From: Ferroglobus placidus DSM 10642 | GTDB lineage: Archaea > Halobacteriota > Archaeoglobi > Archaeoglobales > Archaeoglobaceae | DNA length: 32,000 nucleotides | NCBI RefSeq assembly: GCF_000025505.1 | Contig: NC_013849.1 | Coordinates: 1,020,001 to 1,052,000 of the forward strand | Direction of reading: 5' to 3' | Shown here: positions 23,513 through 31,813 of the stretch, piece by piece | Layout: every line of letters starts with the position of its first letter | Position numbering within the stretch: position 1 is the stretch's first letter | Notes under the pieces: generated by a model | Told to the model about the DNA's origin: nothing | What the model saw: the letters and a program-made list of their open reading frames with translations, nothing else | Database searches by the model: none | Program-made: the position numbers and the translations under genes

Positions 23513-24076
23513 ATGCCAAAAATAACTCTCAAATTTTTTAAAATTCTTATTTCATCGTTTTTAACTTCAATAGTGTTTATGAACATTCCGATCTACATGG
23601 TATTCCCAAAAATGTCTTCCTATGAATTCGGAGGTTTTCTTGCAGTAATTTCACTAATCGGTTTGATTTTTCTGAGTATGGAGGTGGAAAATAAGAAATC
23701 TGCCATACCTTTTGCAGTTTCTCTCTTGGCCTATGTATTTTTGATATTGACCTACAGAATATATCCGGACATTTTCCCAAATCACGACAGCTTTGCTTTG
23801 ATAGAATACACTCTGTTATCGGGTTTAATGATCTGCGCCTCGATTTTTCTTTACAGCAATATCGAGGATGGAAAAAGGGCTGTTACTGGATTTTTAGTTT
23901 TTGTAGTGCTCTACTCCGCCCTAACACTGATACCCTCAGCTTATGACGTGCTTTTCACTGAGCACCATTTAATCAGAGAGAGCCTGCTCTTATTTTACGG
24001 ATTGTTTCAATTAATAGCTACAATTTTTGGATTGTTTTATGTGACTTTGATGGTTATGAACAATGAACGTTTTTAA
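23513..24076 (+). CDS. Polytopic membrane protein (about 6 TM), immediately downstream of the PLC-like gene
   Basis: 187 aa and highly hydrophobic. There is a 4-nt gap after the upstream stop. Confidence 0.6.
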   Translation: MPKITLKFFKILISSFLTSIVFMNIPIYMVFPKMSSYEFGGFLAVISLIGLIFLSMEVENKKSAIPFAVSLLAYVFLILTYRIYPDIFPNHDSFALIEYTLLSGLMICASIFLYSNIEDGKRAVTGFLVFVVLYSALTLIPSAYDVLFTEHHLIRESLLLFYGLFQLIATIFGLFYVTLMVMNNERF

Positions 24077-24185
24077 ATGTTAGTGTCTCGACGCTTTCGA
24101 GATAGTAAGCCATGTATTCAAATGTCCAGGATCAAGAAAGTCTATTTCTTTCCATTGTTTTTGATTCTCACAGCGAATTAACTAC

Positions 24186-24263
24186 TATATAAACTTTATG
24201 ACCATAAGTTGAGAACATAAAATTAGTTTAATATTCTAAACATATGGTAAGAATTATTATATA
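24186..24263. promoter_or_regulatory. Palindromic double-TATA cassette, copy 3
   Basis: Arms are tatataaactttatgaccat (24186-24205) and atggtaagaattattatata (24244-24263). The right TATA is about 40 nt before ATG 24302. Confidence 0.65.
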
Positions 24264-24301
24264 TCAGTAAGTGTTAAGTAAGTAAAGAAAGAGGTGTTGC
24301 G

Positions 24302-25315
24302 ATGAGAAAAGCTGTATTGGTGTTGCTGCTTTTTGTGATTGCATGTAACGGAACCGTGGCGGGAAAAGAGTTCTCGGACGAGGTATCCGAAATCGTCGAA
24401 AGGATCTTAAACGAAGATGTCAAAGTGAACGTTCAGCCGGGCAAACTTCCGTCGAAAGCCGAGATAGAACAGCTGAACACCTATGTAAATCCGGTAACCA
24501 AGATCGTTAAAGCCTTAAAAGCTCGTGGGCTGGATAACAAGGAGATAGTTGAAATTCTAAAGAGGTACAATCTGGGTTGGGATCCAAGAACCGGAGCGGC
24601 ATGGAGGGAGTTTAAAAAGCCATCTGAAAAGGAGTTGTCATACCTGAAAACTCTTAAGCCACTAAGTAAAAATAATAATGATGTAAGTATAAACCAGATT
24701 TCTGGGCAGGCAAATCAGGTTATGGAGGTTATCCCAGACGATATTTATCGAGGGATAAATACAAATTTGAAACCCAGTGAGATGAGGCTTGAATCAGATG
24801 GAACGGTTCAACACGTTATAACTACTCACGTTGGAAGAACTCTCGTCAATGAGAGTTGCTGGACAGAAGCTGGTGTAGTTAGGTGGTTGGTTGATGGTGA
24901 ACCGTCAGATATCTGGATATTCACTTTCGATAACGATGAGGGACAGTGGAAATGGCATGGTACGACGAATTCTTCTACATTCACGAATTACATAATTTAC
25001 GTGACTGACCAAGTAGATGCCTGGGGATACATATACCACATCTGGATTAACGAAGAGTGGGTTAGAAGTGGGCACTTGTGGTACAGAGAGAACAATGTCG
25101 ATCAAGCTAACGAGGTGTGGACGGATACTGGAAGCTATACAGATGATTACGGCGTTGCAAAGCATGACGATCCGTTCCTGTATATTCAGGATTACGCTGT
25201 GTGGTGGGACGACAACGTAAGAACCGAGTGGTGGCATTCTCCAACAAATCAGTGCCCGGTGAAGGAATATCACGAGCTGGAGGGTAGCTCATGGGCTTAC
25301 TGGACGTGGATCTAA
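24302..25315 (+). CDS. Secreted protein with a Trp-rich C-terminal domain (unknown function)
   Basis: Signal peptide is MRKAVLVLLLFVIACNGTVAG. The C-terminal ~170 aa are unusually rich in W, Y and D. Confidence 0.65.
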   Translation: MRKAVLVLLLFVIACNGTVAGKEFSDEVSEIVERILNEDVKVNVQPGKLPSKAEIEQLNTYVNPVTKIVKALKARGLDNKEIVEILKRYNLGWDPRTGAAWREFKKPSEKELSYLKTLKPLSKNNNDVSINQISGQANQVMEVIPDDIYRGINTNLKPSEMRLESDGTVQHVITTHVGRTLVNESCWTEAGVVRWLVDGEPSDIWIFTFDNDEGQWKWHGTTNSSTFTNYIIYVTDQVDAWGYIYHIWINEEWVRSGHLWYRENNVDQANEVWTDTGSYTDDYGVAKHDDPFLYIQDYAVWWDDNVRTEWWHSPTNQCPVKEYHELEGSSWAYWTWI

Positions 25316-26175
25316 CAAAAATCTTTCTCATCTTTATTGTTGTATTCTCCTTAATTATCTCCGGTTGTTCCGATAAAGATGAGAACAAGTCTAACGAAGG
25401 TGAAGAAATTAACGTCAGCCAGAAAGCTCTCCAAATAGCTTTAAACGACAGCAAGGTCAGGAGGGTAATCGGTACGAACTACAAGATCATCGAAGTGTCG
25501 AAATCCCACCTGGAGATAATAGGCAACGGAACGAGGATTTCAAGAGATTATCCGGTAGTAGTTATCGAAACGAAAAGCTCAATTGAGTACATCTTCGTGG
25601 ATGTTCAAAATGAAACGGTCGTGCACATAGGGAGGATTTATAAAAGATCTCCCCTCCCAACAGAAGAACCAAAGCAAACGTCCATGCCTCCAGTAAGCGT
25701 TAATATAACTTTCATCGAGAACACAATCCTAAAAAAAGATGAAATAAAATCCGTTATTGGAGAAGAGTTTGAAGTAATTAGCTATGAATTTACGAACAAC
25801 TCCACAATAATAAAGGTGTTTGTTCAAACGCCATGTGCCGATTATTCCATAAAGTATGGTCTTGCTAACAACACGGTAATTTCAATCGATAACGTTTATC
25901 CCTGGAAGAAGACAATAAAAGAGGAGCCTGTAAGCGAGGAAGAAAAACAGAGATTTCTTGCCATAGCCCTAAACGATTCGAGAATTAAAGAAGTGCTGAA
26001 GGGGAGAGATTTTAATGTTAGCATGGTCAAGTACGTCATGTATATGGCCTGCCAGAAAGCAAGGGACCCCGATTCTGTACACATAACGTTCAAACTTGAT
26101 TCAGAGATTTACAGGGTTGTTTTACTCCCATACAACGGTGAACTGAGAGTTGTAAGGGTTGAAAGGATGGTATGA
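25291..26175 (+). CDS. Lipoprotein-like secreted protein with repeated PepSY-like modules
   Basis: A GGAGGG RBS precedes the start. The sequence has a lipobox-like LIISGC. Internal repeats are QKALQIALNDSKVRRVIG... and QRFLAIALNDSRIKEVLKG... Confidence 0.6.
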   Translation: MGLLDVDLTKIFLIFIVVFSLIISGCSDKDENKSNEGEEINVSQKALQIALNDSKVRRVIGTNYKIIEVSKSHLEIIGNGTRISRDYPVVVIETKSSIEYIFVDVQNETVVHIGRIYKRSPLPTEEPKQTSMPPVSVNITFIENTILKKDEIKSVIGEEFEVISYEFTNNSTIIKVFVQTPCADYSIKYGLANNTVISIDNVYPWKKTIKEEPVSEEEKQRFLAIALNDSRIKEVLKGRDFNVSMVKYVMYMACQKARDPDSVHITFKLDSEIYRVVLLPYNGELRVVRVERMV

Positions 26176-26194
26176 GAATATTTCAGTGTTTTTT

Positions 26195-26914
26195 ATGAAG
26201 CGAGAGGTCTTAATCTCGGTTCTCCTTGGGTTCTTCACCGGATCCCTCTTCATTCTGACAGCAATAGCCCTCGATGTGGCCGGCTTAAAATTTGATGTGT
26301 GGCTTCCAGTTGTGCTATCTCTCGCCATCGCCTCCGCACTTCTTATCTATGCACTTAGAGATGCAGGCAAAAAGAAGCTTGGAGTGGCCGTAGCCCTCTT
26401 TATAATTTCCTCAACATACAGCGTGAGCTTTTTCTACGATTTCACATCAATCGGCCCCACTCCAGAACAGCAGGCGTATATGCATTTGCTTTCAAAGATT
26501 CGGGATGTGAATGGAAAAATAGACCCGAACTGGAGAGATTCAAGCTGGAACTTTTTGAGCCCGAAGTGCTATTCAGCATCAGTGGCAAGAAAGTATGGTA
26601 ATACATCTCTTGAAATGGCGGTCTTTTCCTACAGATATTCGAAAACCCAGTACGATCCCAACAGACCCATAAAAATCCTTTTCACGAAGCTCTTCTGCGG
26701 CTATGCCGATTCAAAAACTGCTTATGAGAAATACAAAAGAGCTTTATTGAATAATGGATTTAAACTGGAGGAAAATAACGGCAGCTTTTTAGCAGAAAAC
26801 GAAAGTTTAGTTGTATTTTGCAGTCGTGAAAGAGAGCTGATTGCTGTGGTAAAGGTGGATAAGACGGAGCTGGAATTACTTAAAGCTGAAATCCATGATG
26901 TGGAAGTGATGTGA
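26195..26914 (+). CDS. Membrane protein (3 TM) with a C-terminal soluble domain
   Basis: Start chosen at MKREVLISVLLGFF (track start 26159). Its C-terminal domain is homologous to pseudogene 20633..21112. Confidence 0.6.
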   Translation: MKREVLISVLLGFFTGSLFILTAIALDVAGLKFDVWLPVVLSLAIASALLIYALRDAGKKKLGVAVALFIISSTYSVSFFYDFTSIGPTPEQQAYMHLLSKIRDVNGKIDPNWRDSSWNFLSPKCYSASVARKYGNTSLEMAVFSYRYSKTQYDPNRPIKILFTKLFCGYADSKTAYEKYKRALLNNGFKLEENNGSFLAENESLVVFCSRERELIAVVKVDKTELELLKAEIHDVEVM

Positions 26915-27934
26915 TGAAAGCAGCCAAAGTAGGATTGGTTTTGCTGATAGGTTTTGTTAATATCCATAGCAACTGCTGCAAATTTAAACAGCAAGCCTGA
27001 AGGCGCCATTGAAATTGGAAAAACAAACAACAAGAAAGTAGAAACTTTGCTTGGAGAAGTTTTAAAAGACAATAAACTTACACCCGAAGAACTAAAAACA
27101 CTATATGATGCTAGAGCCAAGATACTTGTCGCAGAGAATGAGATGGCAGCAAATCATTTAAAAAAGTTGCATGAAGACTACGATTTAATAGTGCCAGGAT
27201 ATATGGCCTCTGAATTAGATAAATTGATAGCTGAAGAATACGTCAAAAGGCATGGATATCATCCTGAAGAACTGGGAGTTAAACAGATAGAACCTGTAAA
27301 TGAAAAGTTGGACGATATGATAAGAGAAGGGGATGTTAGCATTCAGGGATGTGAATCCCCTGGCAATCCAAACGATCCGCCATATGCAGACTCTAATGGA
27401 GTAATTTATGTCGTTTCGTATCCAGCAAGTGATTCGGCCCATACACCAGCGGATGGAACGAACTGGGATGATATAATGGCAGGAACAGCTCCATTTGAAG
27501 ATGAGTTTGGAGTAGATGTAATTTTAGGTGGTTGTTATAACTGCTGGGATGCCAGTGATGTTGATGACGATGCCTATAACCTAATAAATGATCTTGAAGA
27601 AGATGTAGATCATAAGACAGAGAATACAGTAATTGTTGGGTGGGTGGATGATGCAACTCTTAACGGAATTGGGGTGCTGAGTGGACATTACTCTGTCTGT
27701 GCCGAAGCACCAGTGTGGTGGGTAGGAAAAGTTAATTGGCCCGATGATAGCGTCGTACAGCATGAATTATCGCACAATTTCGATGCGCAGGATCAAGATG
27801 AATCGGGAACAAACTGCACAGGTTAATGCATAATGAATTACTATTGGGCATGGAACTGGGGTGCAGGAACTGACAAATGGTGCTCTTATCATTACAGCAT
27901 TGTGGAAAACGGCGTTTGGGGGGCGAATGGTTAA
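26914..27934 (+). pseudogene. Secreted metzincin/reprolysin-like zinc metalloprotease, disrupted twice
   Basis: An ATG overlapping the upstream TGA encodes MKAAKVGLVLLIG, then the frame is lost at the T4 run 26952-26955. One T fewer gives MKAAKVGLVLLIGLLISIATAANL. The HELSHNFDAQD zinc site is followed by an in-frame TAA (27824-27826), then a Met-turn-like CIMNYYW. The frame continues to the stop at 27932-27934. Confidence 0.6.
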
Positions 27935-27959
27935 CTGTCTCCCTTTTATTTTGGGAGTG

Positions 27960-28363
27960 ATGGGGATGAGAAGGGGTGTAAAAATTCTAATCATCTTGCT
28001 GCCAATTTTTGCGGTCGTAGTGTATTTTGTTATAGTATTTATAAACAGCTTTATTATCTCCCCTCCAGCTAAACCCCTCAGCTTCCATATTCTCAATATA
28101 AGGATAACGCTACACACTACATCGCCATCAAAATCATAAATAGATCTGGGGAAGTAATTTTTGCAGAGGAGTATGAAATAAATCCATCGGAGAAAATAGT
28201 GACCCCAATCATTACTAAGACTAAGGGAAGGTATTTAATTAGAGTGACTATGGACGGAACAATCGTAAAAGAAAACTATGTTTCCGTTGCAAGCGGACAT
28301 GGTGCGTTCAGCATAACTATACTTCCAAAAGAGAGAATTAGCATAGATCAAGCAGTTATATGA
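27960..28363 (+). pseudogene. Membrane-anchored small beta-domain protein, frameshifted at a C4 run
   Basis: MGMRRGVKILIILLPIFAVVVYFVIVF...SPPAKP is in frame 0. A 95-codon ORF with no start codon (28073-28363, ...HYIAIKIINRSGEVIFAEEYEINPSEK...) continues in frame 2. One extra C at 28074-28077 joins the two. Confidence 0.5.
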
Positions 28364-28469
28364 TTTAACATTTTATGAGGATCCCGTGAGACGGAGCCAC
28401 TGCAGTTTGAGGGATGAAACGATTGACTCTGTATGAATAAAATACGTAAGAATGAAGTGTGAAAGGAAA

Positions 28470-28631
28470 ATGAACCTGATCGCAGTCTCTACGTTTAGTT
28501 TCCTCATCTGTCTCCCAATTCCGGCCTACTGCATTTACTGTACTCACAAGGCGATTAAAAGGTGCACTGGTAATGACTACCGGATTTGTTGTGCAAATAG
28601 CTGCAAATTTGCTGTTTCCAGTTTTTACTGA
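28470..28631 (+). CDS. Candidate small (53 aa) Cys-rich secreted peptide
   Basis: Sequence MNLIAVSTFSFLICLPIPAYCIYCTHKAIKRCTGNDYRICCANSCKFAVSSFY, with a hydrophobic N-terminus and 8 Cys. It is below the ORF-track cutoff and the RBS (GAAAGGA) is weak. Confidence 0.25.
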   Translation: MNLIAVSTFSFLICLPIPAYCIYCTHKAIKRCTGNDYRICCANSCKFAVSSFY

Positions 28632-28747
28632 CAGCTTCACTCAGGATACCTTGCTTACTCTCTTTACGGTTTTTACAGCTCGTATTGGTGATGACGTGTA
28701 ATATGCCAGATCGTTTAAGCATATGGAGCTTAGTAATTGTACACCTG

Positions 28748-28826
28748 TATATAAACTTTATGACCATGTTTTGAGAAAATAAAATTAGAAAAATAATTCT
28801 TAAGATATGGTCAGAATCGTTATATG
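28748..28826. promoter_or_regulatory. Palindromic double-TATA cassette, copy 4
   Basis: Arms are tatataaactttatgaccat (28748-28767) and atggtcagaatcgttatatg (28807-28826). Confidence 0.65.
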
Positions 28827-28906
28827 TCTGGAACGTGTTAATACTAATTAGGCGGGAGGTGACGACTTGTGAAAGCCGTAAAGTCAAGTAAAATTGAGGT
28901 GAGAGA

Positions 28907-29644
28907 ATGGCAAAAAGAATAAGAAAGCTATGGATTGCAATTTTGCTGGTGTTGATGACCGCAGCGTTCGCCTATGCCAATTACAGCACTCCCCCGGAAG
29001 CGCTTCCACCGCCGCCTGAGCAGCATGATTCCACAACTCCTCCAGTAAAACCCAAACTCGTCTCAACTCCAGACATCCAGCCAGAGAACTTGAGAATCGT
29101 GACAGAAACGGAAAAGGCGAAAGTCGTGGAGATAATAAAAGGCGATGAAAGGATAAAAAAGATGTTAGGCAATGCTAAATGGAAGCTTTTGCACATTAGC
29201 TCATACATATCTACCGATGGCAAGGTTAGAGCAGTCATCGGGCTTGATTCACCAACCTGGGTTGAGACTGAGGTTTACATCAAAAAATTCGATGAAATGG
29301 CACTGGCAAAGCTCTGGACCGAGAGCATAAACGTAAAGGTCAACCTTACCAGTGGAAAAGTTGCGAGCATATATCCAAACCTCGGAAGAGGGGAAGGAGA
29401 TGTATTTACTGATGAGAAAGTGGAGGCGGGCAGAAAAGCGGCTCTGCAATATGCGGCCAACTTTGGCAAAGTCAATAACTCTTACCTGAATGCCGTCTAT
29501 TACATCCCAAACCACTACCCAGAGGGCATAGCGTTTTTCAGAGTTTTTGCTGAAGGTAAAGAGTTCATGGTTGCTGTTGACCTCTCAAGTATGGAGGTTG
29601 TGGAAGAATTCACCGGAGAGGTGAAAGAAATTCAACATGGGTGA
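28907..29644 (+). CDS. Secreted/anchored protein with a Pro-rich linker and PepSY-like modules
   Basis: GAGGTGAGA RBS. N-terminus is MAKRIRKLWIAILLVLMTAAFAYA, followed by PPEALPPPPEQHDSTTPPVKP. EKAKVVEIIKGDERIKKMLG resembles the repeats in 25291..26175. Confidence 0.6.
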   Translation: MAKRIRKLWIAILLVLMTAAFAYANYSTPPEALPPPPEQHDSTTPPVKPKLVSTPDIQPENLRIVTETEKAKVVEIIKGDERIKKMLGNAKWKLLHISSYISTDGKVRAVIGLDSPTWVETEVYIKKFDEMALAKLWTESINVKVNLTSGKVASIYPNLGRGEGDVFTDEKVEAGRKAALQYAANFGKVNNSYLNAVYYIPNHYPEGIAFFRVFAEGKEFMVAVDLSSMEVVEEFTGEVKEIQHG

Positions 29645-29648
29645 GATC

Positions 29649-30287
29649 ATGAAGAGGGGGATTTACCTGAGCATTTTATTAGTGGTCTCATCTGTGCTCG
29701 TGGTGGATGCTGCCACAACATCTAATTTGGCGATACTGGGAGTATACGAAGATAGATTTGCAAACTACGACCTCGACTCAAAAGAATACTCGCCGAACAA
29801 CGTAGACTGGCCAGTAACAATGGTTTTTTGGAAGAACGCAGATGTAAACAAAGTCAAAAGCATATTCTTTGGTCAGACAATACTTGCGTGGTCCAAATAC
29901 GGCAGGCTTAACGATAGTGACGGATGGATATGGGATGAAGACCGTGGAACTAAGGGTGGTCCTTATAACGTCAACATCAACGGCACAAATTTTACCGTAT
30001 ACTTGCATATGAGGGTCTACGCTCCAAACCCTCCGGACTACATGAACAACAGCGGGTGGGGCAGATACGTTCTGGCTACAACACATTATGATGAATATCC
30101 ATGGGAAGGCTGGAGTGGATACAGCGAACTTGCAGAAAAAGACTTTGCAGATATTGCAGCATCAAAAGGCTACACCGTTGCAAGAGACTGGGCTTATTTT
30201 TACAATTACGAACCTTACGACGATACAAGGAATCCAGACCATATTTGGCTCAACAACGGATATGCCACAGCTGTGATGGTTGAATAA
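29649..30287 (+). CDS. Secreted hypothetical protein
   Basis: Start chosen at MKRGIYLSILLVVSSVLVVDA (track start 29637). The protein is rich in W, Y, N and D. No family recognised. Confidence 0.55.
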   Translation: MKRGIYLSILLVVSSVLVVDAATTSNLAILGVYEDRFANYDLDSKEYSPNNVDWPVTMVFWKNADVNKVKSIFFGQTILAWSKYGRLNDSDGWIWDEDRGTKGGPYNVNINGTNFTVYLHMRVYAPNPPDYMNNSGWGRYVLATTHYDEYPWEGWSGYSELAEKDFADIAASKGYTVARDWAYFYNYEPYDDTRNPDHIWLNNGYATAVMVE

Positions 30288-30314
30288 TACTGTTATGTGA
30301 AAAGAGGTGATGTG

Positions 30315-31454
30315 ATGAGAAGAGCAGTGGCGGTGTTGCTGGTTCTGGTGATGTTAGGGAGTGTGGTGAGTCCAGCTATGGGTGCAACCACAGCAAAGAT
30401 GAAACCAATTCCAACTACAGAGAGGATGGAGCTACATAAGAACATAAACATCATAAAAATTGACCCAGCTCTTGAAAATGCAACACCCTACTGGATAATC
30501 ATCGCCGCTGGAAGCATGGAAAAAGGAAGAGCTGTAACCTTCAAGTACATAGATAGCAGCACGAGTTTGACGAAAGAAGAGAAAATTGAGCTGAAAAAGT
30601 TCGTTAAAGAACTGTGGAAGAAATATCGTGTGAAAACCATTAAAGACGGCAATATAACCTTGATCACTTTGAACTCAAAAGTAGAGATAAACCTTACACA
30701 AGAGGAGGAGGCTATGCTGGATAAGGTTGTTCAGGCTGTAAACGAGTACTTCAGAACAAAGTATGGTGGAGTCATAGGAATCCTCTGGAATGTTGATACT
30801 CATCAGAGCATAATCTACATCTCATGCAAGAAGTGGGGCGAGAGCGATTACTATTGTGGAGTTGCAAGGGATCATGCCGACGATCCAGACTACTGGACGC
30901 AAGTTCCTCCTCCACCTAGGTATCCTAACTGGCTATGGGATTTCATAATGCAGGTCGTTCATTCATGGACGCATTACTACAATCCAGACTGGGGCATAGG
31001 TTCAGCTCCAAGTGAAACTAAATACTACGCAGATACAGCCAAGAACAAATATTCAAGCGGGTACAAGTATTCTGCTTTCCAGAATCTCGGATATGCAAGC
31101 CACTTCATGACAGATGTCGGAAATCCTTTACACACCGGCTTGGAGAGCTGGCAAGCAGTTTTTAAAGACATTCATTACGCTTACGAGGATTACGTTTCCA
31201 GCAATTGGGAGAGCGGTTACAATTTCAAATCTGTAATCGAGAACAACTGGTACTACTATGCAATCAACGATCCGGAACAGGCAACCAAGGATTTAGCCAG
31301 TTATTCTCATCAGTACGACGATACAATATTCTGGACGATTTATTGGAACCCAGACACTTGGCAGAGCAATTCAAATATAAAAGATGCCACAGAAAACAGC
31401 CTGCTTGAAACAGCAAAGTACACCCTTGGCTTAGTAAAATACGTTAGGGGTTGA
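30315..31454 (+). CDS. Secreted zinc-dependent phospholipase C-like protein (second copy, no P-domain)
   Basis: GAGGTGAT-gtg-ATG-AGA start context. Signal peptide is [26 protein letters not shown] blocks are [25 protein letters not shown] and IHYAYEDYV. Track start is 30297. Confidence 0.7.
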   Translation: MRRAVAVLLVLVMLGSVVSPAMGATTAKMKPIPTTERMELHKNINIIKIDPALENATPYWIIIAAGSMEKGRAVTFKYIDSSTSLTKEEKIELKKFVKELWKKYRVKTIKDGNITLITLNSKVEINLTQEEEAMLDKVVQAVNEYFRTKYGGVIGILWNVDTHQSIIYISCKKWGESDYYCGVARDHADDPDYWTQVPPPPRYPNWLWDFIMQVVHSWTHYYNPDWGIGSAPSETKYYADTAKNKYSSGYKYSAFQNLGYASHFMTDVGNPLHTGLESWQAVFKDIHYAYEDYVSSNWESGYNFKSVIENNWYYYAINDPEQATKDLASYSHQYDDTIFWTIYWNPDTWQSNSNIKDATENSLLETAKYTLGLVKYVRG

Positions 31455-31455
31455 A

Positions 31456-31809
31456 ATGAGAGCCGAAGATGTACTTTTTATTTTATTTGTTTTTTTAATA
31501 CCGGCAATGATAGCAAGTTACGTCTTCATAAAGATGACCAAGGTCAAAAAAGTTTACTTCCCTGTTTTGCTCATTATTGGCTTTGTAATCACTTTTGTTG
31601 AAGGCTTCATCCTGTTCCTCGTAAATTTCGGAGCTATCCATACAGGTGGTTTTGCTATCCAGCCCGTGCCAGATATAATTATGCAAAATCCAAATCCACT
31701 AATACGTTTCTATGGAACGTTAACCCTTCTGTGTTTTCTGAATGCATCAGTACTGACTGTATTGTATGTAATGGTTGCGAAAATTGGGATTATAAAAGGT
31801 GAGAGGTGA
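31456..31809 (+). CDS. Polytopic membrane protein (about 4 TM) directly after the PLC-like gene
   Basis: 117 aa and hydrophobic. There is a 1-nt gap after the upstream stop. Confidence 0.6.
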   Translation: MRAEDVLFILFVFLIPAMIASYVFIKMTKVKKVYFPVLLIIGFVITFVEGFILFLVNFGAIHTGGFAIQPVPDIIMQNPNPLIRFYGTLTLLCFLNASVLTVLYVMVAKIGIIKGER

Positions 31810-31813
31810 TGCT

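Noticed and set aside
27861-27959. Upstream part of track ORF 27861..28139
   Set aside because: This stretch overlaps the in-frame continuation of the metzincin pseudogene (to 27934). The membrane-protein-like sequence begins only at ATG 27960.
19392-28826. Possibility that the repeated 78-bp elements form a CRISPR array or a classical MITE family
   Set aside because: The copies are 0.2-4.5 kb apart with genes between them, so this is not repeat-spacer architecture. They always sit at fixed distance from gene starts, continuous with conserved 5' UTR and leader sequence, and I saw no flanking target-site duplications.
28365-28887. Minus-strand ORFs of 91 aa and 110 aa in the gap before and across cassette 4
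   Set aside because: One reads through the palindromic cassette. Both have implausible composition and no start context. No other minus-strand gene exists in the 19.7-32 kb block.
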